DNA of 63,722 nt, filler included, from Neolecta irregularis DAH-3 (GCA_001929475.1; 12 parts of 12 records of this genome joined end to end with filler, not necessarily neighbours in it); one strand, 5' to 3'; numbered from the whole stretch's first letter, positions 1 to 11,493 are shown. Notes: generated by a model not told the origin, from the sequence alone. A program made the numbers and translations.

Positions 1-1305
1 AGAATGTCCTCAGTTTTGGCAAAGTTGGAAAGTATTTCGTTGGAAAGTTTATCCCAAACATTCTTGAAACTAAGGAGGAAATATACGATCCCAGTTAATG
101 CGGTACTATCGGTAAGCAAGAAGCTCTCAGATCGAGAGAATATACCTTGAAGTATCAGAGCCAGCAATCATCAAAACCGAAGCTTCGGCTCGCAATTCCT
201 GGTTGTCAAATTTTGTGCCGGCTACATGTCAGCAAAATGTCAATGCGATTGGTTACTTTCGGGGTCGACAGCCCGTATGAGAAAACTTAGAAAATCCTTC
301 TTCCCTTCAACTTGTCGTGTCAATCGCTCTTCCAAGTGCTTTATTGAAAACTGTCAATTCAGCGCATGTCTTTTGTTACAAAAGTAACTGTTACAAAATT
401 ATATCTGTCTGTCATAAACTTTTTTGGCTCTAGCCAATCACGGAATCTATATAACTTGAGAATGAATGAACAGTGAGTGCATACTTTAACGCGAAAGGAA
501 ATGATCCAAAGACTAACCCGGATCTTCCTACTGCATGAATTGCATCGATCACTGGAATTTCACAAGCTCCATCATTCTCAATCATCTGAAAACTTTTGCC
601 GAAACTTGTCATTAGCCAAGTCGTGAATCAATTTGTTTTACCAGAGAACACCCATGATATCAAACGTCAAGCAATCGAGAGAATTACTAATGTCGTAAAC
701 CTTGCTTCCCCCTTGGTCTTTGATTTCACGCATCACTTTGTCGCAAAAAAGATCGGTTTTCTCGATCATAACCCACTCCATTTGTACCATATTCTTAGCA
801 GCCATGACAGACGAGATGATTCGACGTTTCCGAGAATTCTTTGCGATATCACGTTCAGAAAAGATACTGTGCTGGTGTGAAGGTGTATTCATTGCATCGT
901 AAAACACAGGTTTTAAAAGTCGTTTTCCATGACCGTAAATTTCTTTGATGGAAGAGGCATCAGCAATGGATAACTCATTTGGACCCATGCGGAAAATATC
1001 ACCTATTCCAATGAGTTGGAGAATATCACAGCATAAATACCATATTTCTTATGATACTTTTCGAAAAACAAATGACGATCACCGCGAATTGCCAAGTATG
1101 TATGAAACAAAGGCGTGACTTTTGCAAGAAAGGGCCCGGGGAATTTTGCCAATGGATGGAAGAATATTCTATAAATGGCCAAGCTAACGAACTGCAAAAA
1201 AGATCAGACAATAAATCAGTTGATACTCACATAAAAGAGGATGGGAGTAAAGACGAAAAACGGATTGAAAGACAGATTAGCCTTGAATTCGATAGACTTG
1301 TGCAT
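1..1305 (-). CDS. Cytochrome P450, multi-exon, 3' end beyond window
   Basis: N-terminal TM followed by YRIFFHPLAKFPGP, RMGPNEL, FDIMG.LCFGKSF and the I-helix EASVLMIAGSDT near 150-200; short GT-AG introns, e.g. 1192-1230. Confidence 0.9.
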
Positions 1306-2434
1306 ATCTGTAAAAACAGGAATTCTCCATTTTATACGGTCAGAAATCGGATAAAACACGAGCGATCCTGAAACAATACGTGAAGTGTAATGCCACTCAG
1401 AGGAAAGAAAGCCGATGATGTCAATATTCCAAATTTTGCAAGACAATGATCGTAATCCTAGGAGCCAGTCTATTAGGTAAAAGCCGGGTTTATGACACTA
1501 TGATGATAGCTTGTACGATAAAACTAAGCCGCATTGATAAAAAAAAGAAAAACTTGGGGTATCCAGGAGTCAAAATTATATTGGTATAGTGCACCGGCAA
1601 CAGCGTCGTTTGACTAATCTTTCAAGCATGTGATCAGCGCGTAATGCAGTAATAGATCAATATGGTGTAAAAGCAATTGGATACTCATAAGAAGTTGAAT
1701 TCCCAAGTGTGAGTTTAAGCTATGATCTCAATACATCGACACGAGGCTCGGGCAGGAAATGAGTCCTGTTTAGCGTGCGAGGTGTGGTAATTAACAAACG
1801 CTCGGCTAAGTGTCGAACTGCAAAAAAGAAACTAACCAAGAGTTTGTTTGCGAGTATACTGCAAACACCCTCATATTGAACAATCAAGGTAAATTGCATA
1901 ATGTCTGGATGGTGTTGGAAGTGGGATACGTACATTACATATAAACAGAACCCGCACTGAAACTGAAGCGAAGCAAAAATAGAGAAGTGGAACACGGGCG
2001 CAGCGGCATAACTAACTGTCTGGGAGGGTGAAACCTATGTTCGAAAGGTTACGACATGAAAGTAAGAGAAACGGAAACATTGCAGTCCTCGAGGCAGCCC
2101 CACAGCCAGATTCCTGTAATCATATGAGCTAACGTGTAAATAACGGGACGAAAAAAACAATGGCAGGAAAAAGGGCGGATGTTGAAGTAGAGGAGACAGA
2201 ACCCAGGAATGCTGGAACCCTTTGCAGCACACTCTTATCCTGCCAGGATAGGAAATAATTAGGAAAGAGAATTAGGAAATTGATCAACATCCTGAAACCA
2301 GCCAGAGAACACTGACTACTGACGGATCGAGCTGTTTGTGGGAGTAATTTTTCCTTTATCCACCACCTCTTACAAATTCCCTACACGAACCCCACAATCC
2401 ACCTGGGTCGCCCAATTTCGACTTATCCAACACG

Positions 2435-3700
2435 ATGTTTCCAAAGTTCTTCTGTTTGATCACCCTTTGTACTCTTTCTTGTACGGCATTAGATCTCAAC
2501 TATTTCCAAAAGATTTCGCTTGATTTTTCCAAAGTTGGTGCCGGCTTCTTTGATCAGAAATTATTCCTTTTACCTCTCGTGGAGATGGATACGGGCCAAG
2601 CAATAGAAGAATGCTCGCAACAATGCCGGTTGGTGCACTACTTTTGCCATTCTTTTGCCGTGATAAATTCGCATGGATTATCATGTGTGATCTTTGCCGC
2701 ATCTAAGGCAGAATCGATCTTTAAACCTTCTCATTCCAATATTGAAGTCTTAGCATTATATGAGTACGAACTTGCAAGTAATGATAGATTTCTGATAACT
2801 AGGACACGTAAGCCAGAACACGTTCAAGACGTTGCTGCAAGGTTTTCTCACAATGATGATGAAATGCCTGAAAGAGATTGGGCTAGTGAGATTCTAACTA
2901 AATATGGCCTATTATCGCTGGAAAGAACTCCCGAAGAAATAAAGTTAGATCAAGATGTTTTAAGAGTCTGCGAAACTGCCATACATGGAGAACCTCCAAA
3001 GACGGTAAATTTTGCAATGGCTTCCGAACATCACCATCTTTCGAACCGCGAAATTATGGACACTGTAAAATCATGGGCACAGCATTCGAGTAATTCAGAA
3101 ACCTTTTCGAAAGGGATCGCCACTATGCTATTGAATTTTCTCGCGATATTCAGCAAGAATGCTTATAAAGATGTGACCACTTTTTACGATCCAACCAACA
3201 AGATGCTTTTAATTCAAAGTAAAGACTGGTACCTGTTTATCGTTTCATTTGGCCCTGGCCATTACGAAATATTACGGCACACTAAATCAGGAAACAATCT
3301 TACCCAACTTACTGTAGCATCCAAAAAATCTAATATCAACGATGACCAGAAGATTCGTGCTTTGAAATTTTTTCAAAAAGCAGTGGTTGGTGTTGATCCG
3401 CATACTAAGATTCCAGATTATGCTGACGAAGGGAATGGCGTTTCTGTCCCCAAAAATGACGAGCAATTGATTGCAACAGTCGTATTGATCACTGTCGCAA
3501 AGGCACTCCTTCAACCTCTAGCTTTCCCAACGTATCCATTGGACCAGGAGATAATATTTTACCGCGATATCGTAACAGCAGTGCTCTCTAGCGTATATGG
3601 AGAACTTCAACAAACTGCCTTGTTCCAAACGAGTGTGCTCCAAAAGGCCAAAACTGGCGCTTTCAAAGACACGAGTATCATTATTACCCACCATAAGTGA
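2435..3700 (+). CDS. Orphan secreted protein, 421 aa, with PAN/apple-like Cys domain and unknown C-terminal domain (family member 1)
   Basis: Single long ORF; hydrophobic N-terminus MFPKFFCLITLCTLSCTA; motif CSQQCRLVHYFCHSF...CVIF; clear paralog at 10209-11493. Confidence 0.8.
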   Translation: MFPKFFCLITLCTLSCTALDLNYFQKISLDFSKVGAGFFDQKLFLLPLVEMDTGQAIEECSQQCRLVHYFCHSFAVINSHGLSCVIFAASKAESIFKPSHSNIEVLALYEYELASNDRFLITRTRKPEHVQDVAARFSHNDDEMPERDWASEILTKYGLLSLERTPEEIKLDQDVLRVCETAIHGEPPKTVNFAMASEHHHLSNREIMDTVKSWAQHSSNSETFSKGIATMLLNFLAIFSKNAYKDVTTFYDPTNKMLLIQSKDWYLFIVSFGPGHYEILRHTKSGNNLTQLTVASKKSNINDDQKIRALKFFQKAVVGVDPHTKIPDYADEGNGVSVPKNDEQLIATVVLITVAKALLQPLAFPTYPLDQEIIFYRDIVTAVLSSVYGELQQTALFQTSVLQKAKTGAFKDTSIIITHHK

Positions 3701-4070
3701 TGCTTGATTCAAAGTAAAGCAAAGGTAAGTCGTGGCTAGTTTTGTAACAGTTTTTGTATGCAAGACAATGGTTGGATTATTCTGTAATCAAGTTTACTTT
3801 TGTAATCTATAATTGTAAACTAGTACTAGTAGGAAATCGCCATCCAGGTAACCGTACTCTCTATCCTCTGTCTAGCCTGTGTACCCTCTGTCCCTTGCTA
3901 CCCTCTGTCCATTGCCATCCGCTGTCCCTTACTACCCTCTGTCCATTACCATCCTCTGGCCCTTACTACCCACTCATCCACTACTCTACCTGCCTTCCGC
4001 CCACTACCGCAGTCTACCCGCCTACCCTCCCACCTACTCCCACCTACTCCCATTTACCCATTGTCAACCG

Positions 4071-4563
4071 ATGCCCCCCATTCCAGCGACGCCCATCCTC
4101 CGCGACGACGACTCCCGCGTAGCGCTCCTCTCCCACGACCTCTGGCGCCGCCTCTCGCCCGGCGACTCTTCCATCCACGTCGCATTCCGCGCCCTCTGCA
4201 GCTCCGTGTGGACTGTGCTGCCTGCCCTCCGCGCCCACTCGCCGCTCCCGCCCGCCGCCCTCGCCCTGCCCGCAGACTTCCCTCTTGCCCCGCTCGTCCT
4301 CATCCGCCCCGCCACCCCCGTCCCGCTCTCCTCCCTCGTGCTCTCCGTCGCCCCCCGCCACTACTCCGCCGTTGCCCCCACCCACCTCCGCGCCGTCGCG
4401 CACCCCGCAACCGTCCGCCGCCTCGGCGACCATCTCCTCCTCAACTCCTCCATCCCCGCCCGTATATCCCTCTGCCGCCCCGTCACCCAGGGCATCGTCA
4501 CTCCAGAGACCCAGATAGTCCTCCTCCAGCACGCGACCCCGCCCCCGCCCCCTCCCGCCCTCC
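4071..4563 (+). CDS. PEX6: Probable peroxin PEX6 N-terminal region, truncated by gap
   Basis: GC-rich ORF; ISLCRPVTQGIVTPETQIVL resembles the CEPVxQG..T.I motif of fungal Pex6 N-domains; AAA domains not visible. Confidence 0.45.
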
Positions 4564-4663
4564 NNNNNNNNNNNNNNNNNNNNNNNNNNNNNNNNNNNNN
4601 NNNNNNNTTAATTAATTAANNNNNNNNNNNNNNNNNNNNNNNNNNNNNNNNNNNNNNNNNNNN
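4564..4663. other. Artificial assembly spacer N-TTAATTAATTAA-N (also 6772-6871, 8421-8520, 9648-9747, 32262-32361, 35088-35187, 38684-38783, 40364-40463, 47039-47138, 54778-54877, 60603-60702)
   Basis: Identical 100-nt spacers whose core has stop codons in all six frames. Confidence 0.97.
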
Positions 4664-6111
4664 AGCGTGGTACCATTTGTGTTGTGTTGACATGTTTCAC
4701 AGTTATCGCACCAACAAGGTGGATTCTGATCTGTTGTGGATTGATTTTTATCACCAAAGACGGCTTTACAGCCAAGTATATCGTGACCGGAAACCTCGCA
4801 AATCTCACACCTAGATGCATTAATGGAAGAAACGTTGGATCAAGGTTACCATAGTTCCTCTTCGATTGGAGAAGACAAGATTTTCTGGCGATCGTTGGAC
4901 CGGGAACTTTCTCGTCTCAGTTTGGCGACTTCTCGTTCTAGTTCTTCTTCTCTAAATACTTTTGATTCTACCATTGCTTCGAGTTCAGTGAGTTCTTTGC
5001 TCAGCCGCTGCTTATCTTTTTCCATCGATTCGAGTTTCCGTTTGAGTACAAGGGTGTCGTCGGGGGATGCGCTGATGCGCTTAAGTTCCTTTTTCAATTT
5101 CTGGTTCTGGGTTTCTGTTTCGACGTTGTGTCTAGTTAATTCAGAGACGATGTGTTTCAGGCCTGCAATCTGTTCGGTATCTGTTGACTCTTCGATAGTA
5201 GCGTTGCGCAAGGCTTCGTTTTCTGATTTTAGGCGGTCGACTTCACGTTCGAGAAAAGTGATCATTTGGCGTTTTTGGGGATGGGATTCGGAAGAGGATG
5301 GACGGGAGCGGATTTGGTCCTCAAGGACTCTGACTCTACTTTGGGACTGGGAGAGTTCCTGGTGCAAAGCATCGACTTCATTTTCAAGTTCGTTGATGCG
5401 CTCACGGGACTGGATGAGGTAGCCTTCCATTTCGGAGACGACGCCCTCGAGGACTTTTAATTGGCCGGCCATTTCTTCTGTGCTTTCTTCTATTTGCTCG
5501 TCATGGTTGTGGCGGCGGTCAGTGAGGGTGTCGAGATTCAGGTGCAATATGGAAAGCTCTTGCTGTTTTTCTTTGATGAACAGTTCCAGCTCCTGTATTT
5601 TGGCTTCATATATCCTGTTTGCCTCCTCCGAGGTCTTTTCTATCTGATCGAGGGTGGCTCTGAACTCTGCGCGGCGTTTTTCGTTTTCTTCTCTCATTGA
5701 CTTGATCTTGTCGTCGCGTTCTTTGATCAGATTGCGCAGGTTGTCTACGTCTTCCTCGACGTCTTCGATGGGGAGCAGCGACTGCCTGGGGGGCGATTTC
5801 TTTTCGAGGAAGCCCTGCAGCATGGAGACCTGGCGCTCCATGTCTTCGAGGGCGTCGCGCTGCTCGAGCTTGTCCTGCTCGAGCTGCCGCATTTCGCGGT
5901 CCTTGTCCAGGATGCGGGCCTTGAGCTCTGCGATCTGCTCGATGTCTGTGGACTCCTCTGGCGGGGTCATGGAGGGCAGGATGGGGGGGCGGATGACGGG
6001 CGCCATTCTGAGCGGCGATTCGACGGGCGATCGCCTGAACCGGGGCTGGGGCGGGCGGGGCGAGGCGGGGTCTGCGGGCGCGGCACTGGCGCGGGAGGCG
6101 GTGCGGGGCGG
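4664..6111 (-). CDS. tip1: CLIP-170/Tip1/Bik1 microtubule plus-end protein (N-terminal CAP-Gly lost in gap)
   Basis: Long coiled coil; ELEAMVESKVFREEELERE; after intron WCEICEVSGHDILGC and WCDNCETCQHNT zinc knuckles. Confidence 0.85.
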
Positions 6112-6435
6112 NNNNNNNNNNGTGTAGATTTCAGTGATAGGGTTAATATTACGCATGGGATAACTTTTGGAGGATCAAACAAATGGATGTAAATTACTTT
6201 AAAACGATAAAACCAGGACTATTAGAAGATTCCGACGACCTGACCGACCAAATAAAATGCAAACCAGCAGTACGTGCAAAAGAATCAAGAACAAAAACAA
6301 TGATGGGGAGGAAGGATGAATAGAGCTATAAAGGAATTGAAAAAAACACCGCTCGACTCCAAAAGGCAAACACAGATGAAGACGACGCAAAATAAGGGTA
6401 CTGACAGCCCCGGGAAGTAAACGGAGTTTTGAGCA

Positions 6436-6771
6436 TTAAAAGATTTCATTTCCATGAGGACAATCTGGAGAAGAATTAGAAAAAGGGATTAGGGTAGCGT
6501 GGTACCATTTGTGTTGTGTTGACATGTTTCACAGTTATCGCACCAACAAGGTGGATTCTGACCTGTTGTGGATTGATTTTTATCCCCAAAGACGGCTTTA
6601 CAGCCAAGTATATCGTGACCTGAAACCTCGCAAATCTCACACCTAGATGCATTAATGGAAGAAACGAGGAGTCAAGGTTACCATAGTTCCTCTTCGATTG
6701 GAGACGACAAGATTTTCTGGCGATCGTTGGACCGGGAACTTTCTCGTCTCAGTTTGGCGACTTCTCGTTCT
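6436..6771 (-). CDS. tip1: Second, slightly divergent copy of the CLIP-170 3' end including the terminal exon (DCPHGNEIF*)
   Basis: 6496-6771 is nearly identical to 4664-4939; the extra exon completes the second knuckle and gives an acidic-aromatic C-terminus. Confidence 0.8.
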
Positions 6772-7741
6772 NNNNNNNNNNNNNNNNNNNNNNNNNNNNN
6801 NNNNNNNNNNNNNNNTTAATTAATTAANNNNNNNNNNNNNNNNNNNNNNNNNNNNNNNNNNNNNNNNNNNNCTTGTAGACTTTATGAGCTTAGGTTAAGG
6901 TATGCCCGCTAAGTCTTTATATACGTTCTAAATACAATTGCCGTTATTTCTTCTCCGCCACTTGCTTCATTGGTAAGCATTTCCTCAGGTAGTTCGAGTT
7001 TGTATGTGTGTGTATCGTCCCATGCTGCGACACACCCGTGCTGCAAAAAACATTAAATAGAAATCAAATACATTACATAGAATTCTTCAAGAACTTCTCG
7101 ATGCTAACATCAGTCTGGGAACAATTGCCACTCTACAATCTGCTACGACAAAGTCTAGATAGTGTCGTGAGAAATTTTGGTTTTAGGCTACAAATAGCGT
7201 CTCATGGGCCCATTGACTTGGCTTTACAAAATCCCATGGGCTTTGGCCCATCCACAGGCGGCACTACAGGTCTATATGGGGTAACAAAGAATAGGAAAGT
7301 GGTCAGAACAAGTGTAAATTTCACCAGCTCCACAGCACAACAAATCTTCATAACAAACGAAACCCCTGAAATGCCACATTCATGATACCCAAGTTAGACA
7401 CAACACCAGTCTCAGGTCCCAAGACATTGGAGCTCAACGGAGTGCCACCTTCTGAGTCAGAGAGTGAGTGAGACACAAATGTTTCATGAAAGGTAGTCAT
7501 AAGAGATTTATGAGACAGATGTTTAAGAGGCTGAAAGGAGTAATATATAAACCCTAGATGCCTCAACTCATACTTGTAGTATTTCACGGCTTCTCCTTAA
7601 ACGCCGACCTTTACATCAACATGTTATTTTCATGGTACTGCATCACTTCATGCTTGTGCTTATTCTCGCAGGTCCTTATGGTGTGTTGCCTCTTCGATTT
7701 TTCATCTTGTTGCATCACATCAGCCTGAAGAAACTTCGCCC

Positions 7742-8359
7742 TTGGCCGTAACAACTGTGGTCAAGCATTGGTCAGCACCACGTAATGCAGCATCAGGACT
7801 TGCAACAGAAGGCACTCAAAGCCACAACAGTAACCAAGCCAAACGAAAGATTTCTGCAGTGCAACCTGATGTTGTATCTCGTAAAGTACCAAAGATCGAT
7901 AATAGCTATGGAATAGAACATTTAATAAGCACCTTCCTCACCTTCCGCCCACCACCCAATACTCTCTTTAATGGATCACCAACAAGGTCAGATGCCAGAG
8001 ATGGTCCTTTTCATGCGTTTCCTCCCGCTGAATCACATCAGCCTGAAGAAACTTCGGTCATGGTCGAAAACCCTGTTCAGAAAATAGTAGACCAATGGAG
8101 ACGCTTGCTCATAGATAAACCTAAATTAGGCCTTCCGATTTGTGCACCAACAGCTTTCCGTAATATCGCAAGGAGCTACGGAGATCACTTTATATTCGTT
8201 GCACTCGTTTTAGATCAATGTCTTCCTCATGGTCAGCCTGAGAGTCCGACTCTAACATACAAGACTTGCGAATCCCGTCGCTCAAGGTTGAGAACTTCTG
8301 CGGAAGCATTGGTATATACATGCACTCTTGATTGCACTAATCTGCTAGTACCAGAGTAA
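7742..8359 (+). CDS. Hypothetical or degenerate orphan ORF with repeated HQPEETS motif
   Basis: 205-aa ORF; CACATCAGCCTGAAGAAACTTCG occurs at about 7716 and 8034; no recognisable domain. Confidence 0.3.
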   Translation: MAVTTVVKHWSAPRNAASGLATEGTQSHNSNQAKRKISAVQPDVVSRKVPKIDNSYGIEHLISTFLTFRPPPNTLFNGSPTRSDARDGPFHAFPPAESHQPEETSVMVENPVQKIVDQWRRLLIDKPKLGLPICAPTAFRNIARSYGDHFIFVALVLDQCLPHGQPESPTLTYKTCESRRSRLRTSAEALVYTCTLDCTNLLVPE

Positions 8360-8520
8360 TGATCCTTCACCCTATCAAACGAAGGCCATGGAGGTCATTG
8401 CACAACTTTCAAAAACGAACNNNNNNNNNNNNNNNNNNNNNNNNNNNNNNNNNNNNNNNNNNNNTTAATTAATTAANNNNNNNNNNNNNNNNNNNNNNNN
8501 NNNNNNNNNNNNNNNNNNNN

Positions 8521-8582
8521 CTTGCTTATAAACAAGTAAGCAAGCAAGTCTTACTTGAACGACTTGCTTGTTAGCAAGTCTG
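8521..8582 (-). mobile_element. Terminus of a DNA transposon or MITE (TIR CAGACTTGCTAACAAG with AAGCAAGT subterminal repeats)
   Basis: Reverse complement matches 38577 onward; lies at a contig edge. Confidence 0.65.
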
Positions 8583-8804
8583 GTGAGGACTGCCTTGTGC
8601 AAGAGGGCTGTCCAGGGCTGTCGGTGCTTTCCGATGGCAGCGTCGACGGAGTGCAATGGCAGCAGAAGCTGGAGAGCGAGCGGGTGTCTGGAGGCGTAAG
8701 CTGGCCGCCATGGACTAGATTTTTGGAAGGCAGGGCAGGAAATAGTCAATTGACATTAATTGAATTACAATATTATTGTTGAATTACATCCTGTACCTGT
8801 GGCA

Positions 8805-9265
8805 TTACCTTTGAGTAATGACATTAATATCTGAAAGAGTCTTGCTGAATTTCCTTGGCGTCTAAAACATCAGATGACTTTTAAATCCCAACTTACCCTA
8901 ATCTTCTTGAACCTGTAGTAGCGCTGCATCATGAAATGATTATCTTCCGCGGGCATAAATTTCACCTCCGATCCTTCATTAAATAGGTAGCAGCGGCTGG
9001 ACTGGATATTATCTCGATAATCGTTTACGAATGAACCACACGAAAGGTCCTTGTAGCAGGCCAAAGCACATTGATCATCGTTACTGTTAATTCTAAAATT
9101 GGTTTGAAAATCCGTTTCGATAACGTCAAATCCGTCGCCAGATTCCACATAGCGGTAATCGTCTTGGAAACGGATAATTTGAGATGGATGCAAATATTCG
9201 GGATCTACTGGGATGTTAGAGCAAATGGCTGACTTTTCAAACCAAAAGCTTCTGAAGGAAGGCAT
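8805..9265 (-). CDS. Short PAN/apple-like domain protein (family member 3)
   Basis: CALACYKDLSCGSFVN...RCYLF motif; GTAAGT..TTTAG intron then TPRKFSKTLSDINVITQR*; signal peptide not evident. Confidence 0.55.
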
Positions 9266-10208
9266 TGCAGTTGAAATATTCTATTGGAGGAAGAATCTTA
9301 ATATGAGATGTCCTGGCCTGGAAAGTGATCACGACGAAAAGAGCACCATCATGTTTCATCAACCGCATTCGGCTATTCCGAGGCCATGCCTTTTTCTTCG
9401 TGGGAAAGCCGACAATATCTTCGGGTCCAGATGTTCAATTAGGTAGCATTGAATAGATAAACTTCATTTCTCTCAGAATCATTAGCAGATGATTTCTGAG
9501 CCAAAAGGACTTTGATTAACTAGAAATAGGTTGAACGAAAGAACTTTTGGAAGACTTTTGTTGAGGACATGTTCTGTGTTTGGCGGAAAGTTTCATCCCC
9601 GAAGAAGACAAGGGCGAGCATCCAGTGCAAAATTTGTGGAGCCAGAANNNNNNNNNNNNNNNNNNNNNNNNNNNNNNNNNNNNNNNNNNNNTTAATTAAT
9701 TAANNNNNNNNNNNNNNNNNNNNNNNNNNNNNNNNNNNNNNNNNNNNCTTATCTCAGTAATCTATTTTATCTCTACTTCCGGGGAGGCTGGTACACTGCT
9801 GTGCAGCCATTTGGCCGCTCCCGGGTTTTCTACCTCGGTAATTTCCTGTTTTCGCGTTCTCTTATTTTGTCGCTCTGCTCTTTCCGTTTGTTACCAGCCT
9901 GCTGCCGGCAGCTATAAACATGGGCTGTCTTTCTTCTTTCTAGTTTAGCCAATTGTATTAACTTATTTCCGTTTCAAAGTCTTGACGACCCAAGCGACTG
10001 AAAGCCAATACCACCACGCTCACCTATCAACAATTAACAATCTATTATAATCCTATAAATGCCTGCAACATCTAGCTACACCCTGCGTGCAACAAGCGGG
10101 TCTGGAATAGTACGTAGAAATAACAAGTTAACCAAGTCTTATTGGTACAGCGCCTGCTCACCTTTCATCTACACAAATTATACACAACCCGCAGATACAA
10201 CCACTCAC

Positions 10209-11493
10209 ATGTTGCCAAACTCTTCTTGCTCTTTCTGCCTTTGGCAATGGGGCATTTCACAGACCTCACAAGCACATCCGAACACACTGGAGTCTGCTAC
10301 ACTAGTTCATACGAAATATTTTTTAACACGGGCTTGACGCACGAAAATGAAGCAAAACTTTTCTGTGAAAAGAAATGCCTTGAGGCCAAATATTTCTGCA
10401 AATCGTTCATCCTTTCTCACAAGAAAGAGTTTCCATATAACTGCGAAATATATGGGAAGCCGATTTCCCAATTGTCCATTAAATCTTGGGAGAAAACTGG
10501 CTCACTAAATATATTTCAGTAAGTGTTTGTGACTGAAGGTGGTTTTGATAATCTAGGCTTTCTGAATCAGAACAAGTCGAACCCGTTGAGGAGAGGTTTT
10601 CTCATGATCATCATCCAGAATCCCACTGGATCAGCGATCTTGAAAAGGGGTATGGTTTAAGCGATCCGTTTGGATTGTCAAAGGGCTTCCTCGAGAATCT
10701 CATAAAGGCTTGCACATCTGCCATGAAGAGCGAACAATCAACAGCACTCGCTAGAAATATTAATCGAAAAACAGTCCCTGACCTTGTAGCATTTTCTGGC
10801 CACAAGATCTTGGAGAGCGTTAAATCACTTTCAGAATATTTTGCAACCGTTGTGTTTATTTTTCTGGATATATTCTGCCCGCATATTAACCCAGACATAA
10901 AGACTATTTACGATCCAATCAAAAACCAGCTTTCCATCCGTGGACCGAATATCGACATGCTAGTCGTTTCGTTCGGGCTTCGTGATTATGTGATAGTACG
11001 AGACGCGCTAAACAACCCAGAAGAGCCTTTGAAGGTTGCTGTATCAAGTGAATTGCGAAGAAATAGCTTGTTAGGGGTAGGCATTGACGACCTTGACCCC
11101 GACGACGACTTTGACGTTGACTCTGTTGACGTTGACTACGAAGACCACAACATTGTGGCACTGTTTCAACAAGCAATGGAGACAAAGATCCAGGAAGTCG
11201 AAGTTGAATATGATCATCTCTTGCAAACCCATGCCCCCTCGGACATCATTGGACAAGTTACAGCTATAGACGTATTGAACTACGTTCTACACGCACTCCT
11301 TGAACCTAACAGGCTTTCAGGCGACTATCCTGTTCAAATAGATGGGGTTAAGATTATATTCTATCAAGACCTGGTAACTGCTGTGCTCTCCAAGGTTTAT
11401 GCACATGCTGGCATAGCTATGGTTCGATCCAACTTGCACTTAAAAATCAAGGCGAAGCAGTATGATGACCTCTCAATCATTCCACACCATTAA
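10209..11493 (+). CDS. Orphan secreted PAN/apple-like protein (family member 2); apparent 1-nt frameshift just after the ATG
   Basis: KLFLLFLPLAMG signal-like stretch; CEKKCLEAKYFCKSF...CEIY; intron 10519-10556; shares RFSH..W..YGL, YDP..N.L.I, VSFG, IIFY.D.VTAVLS.VY and SII..HH with member 1. Confidence 0.75.

Noticed and set aside
3754-4619. Multiple overlapping long ORFs in GC-rich islands (also 12221-13176, 54882-55772, 63021-63717)
   Set aside because: Shadow ORFs caused by stop-codon scarcity in GC-rich DNA
2435-11493. Physical cluster of the three PAN-like genes with PEX6 and CLIP-170
   Set aside because: The genes lie on different contigs separated by spacers, and local mis-scaffolding is evident, so clustering is unproven
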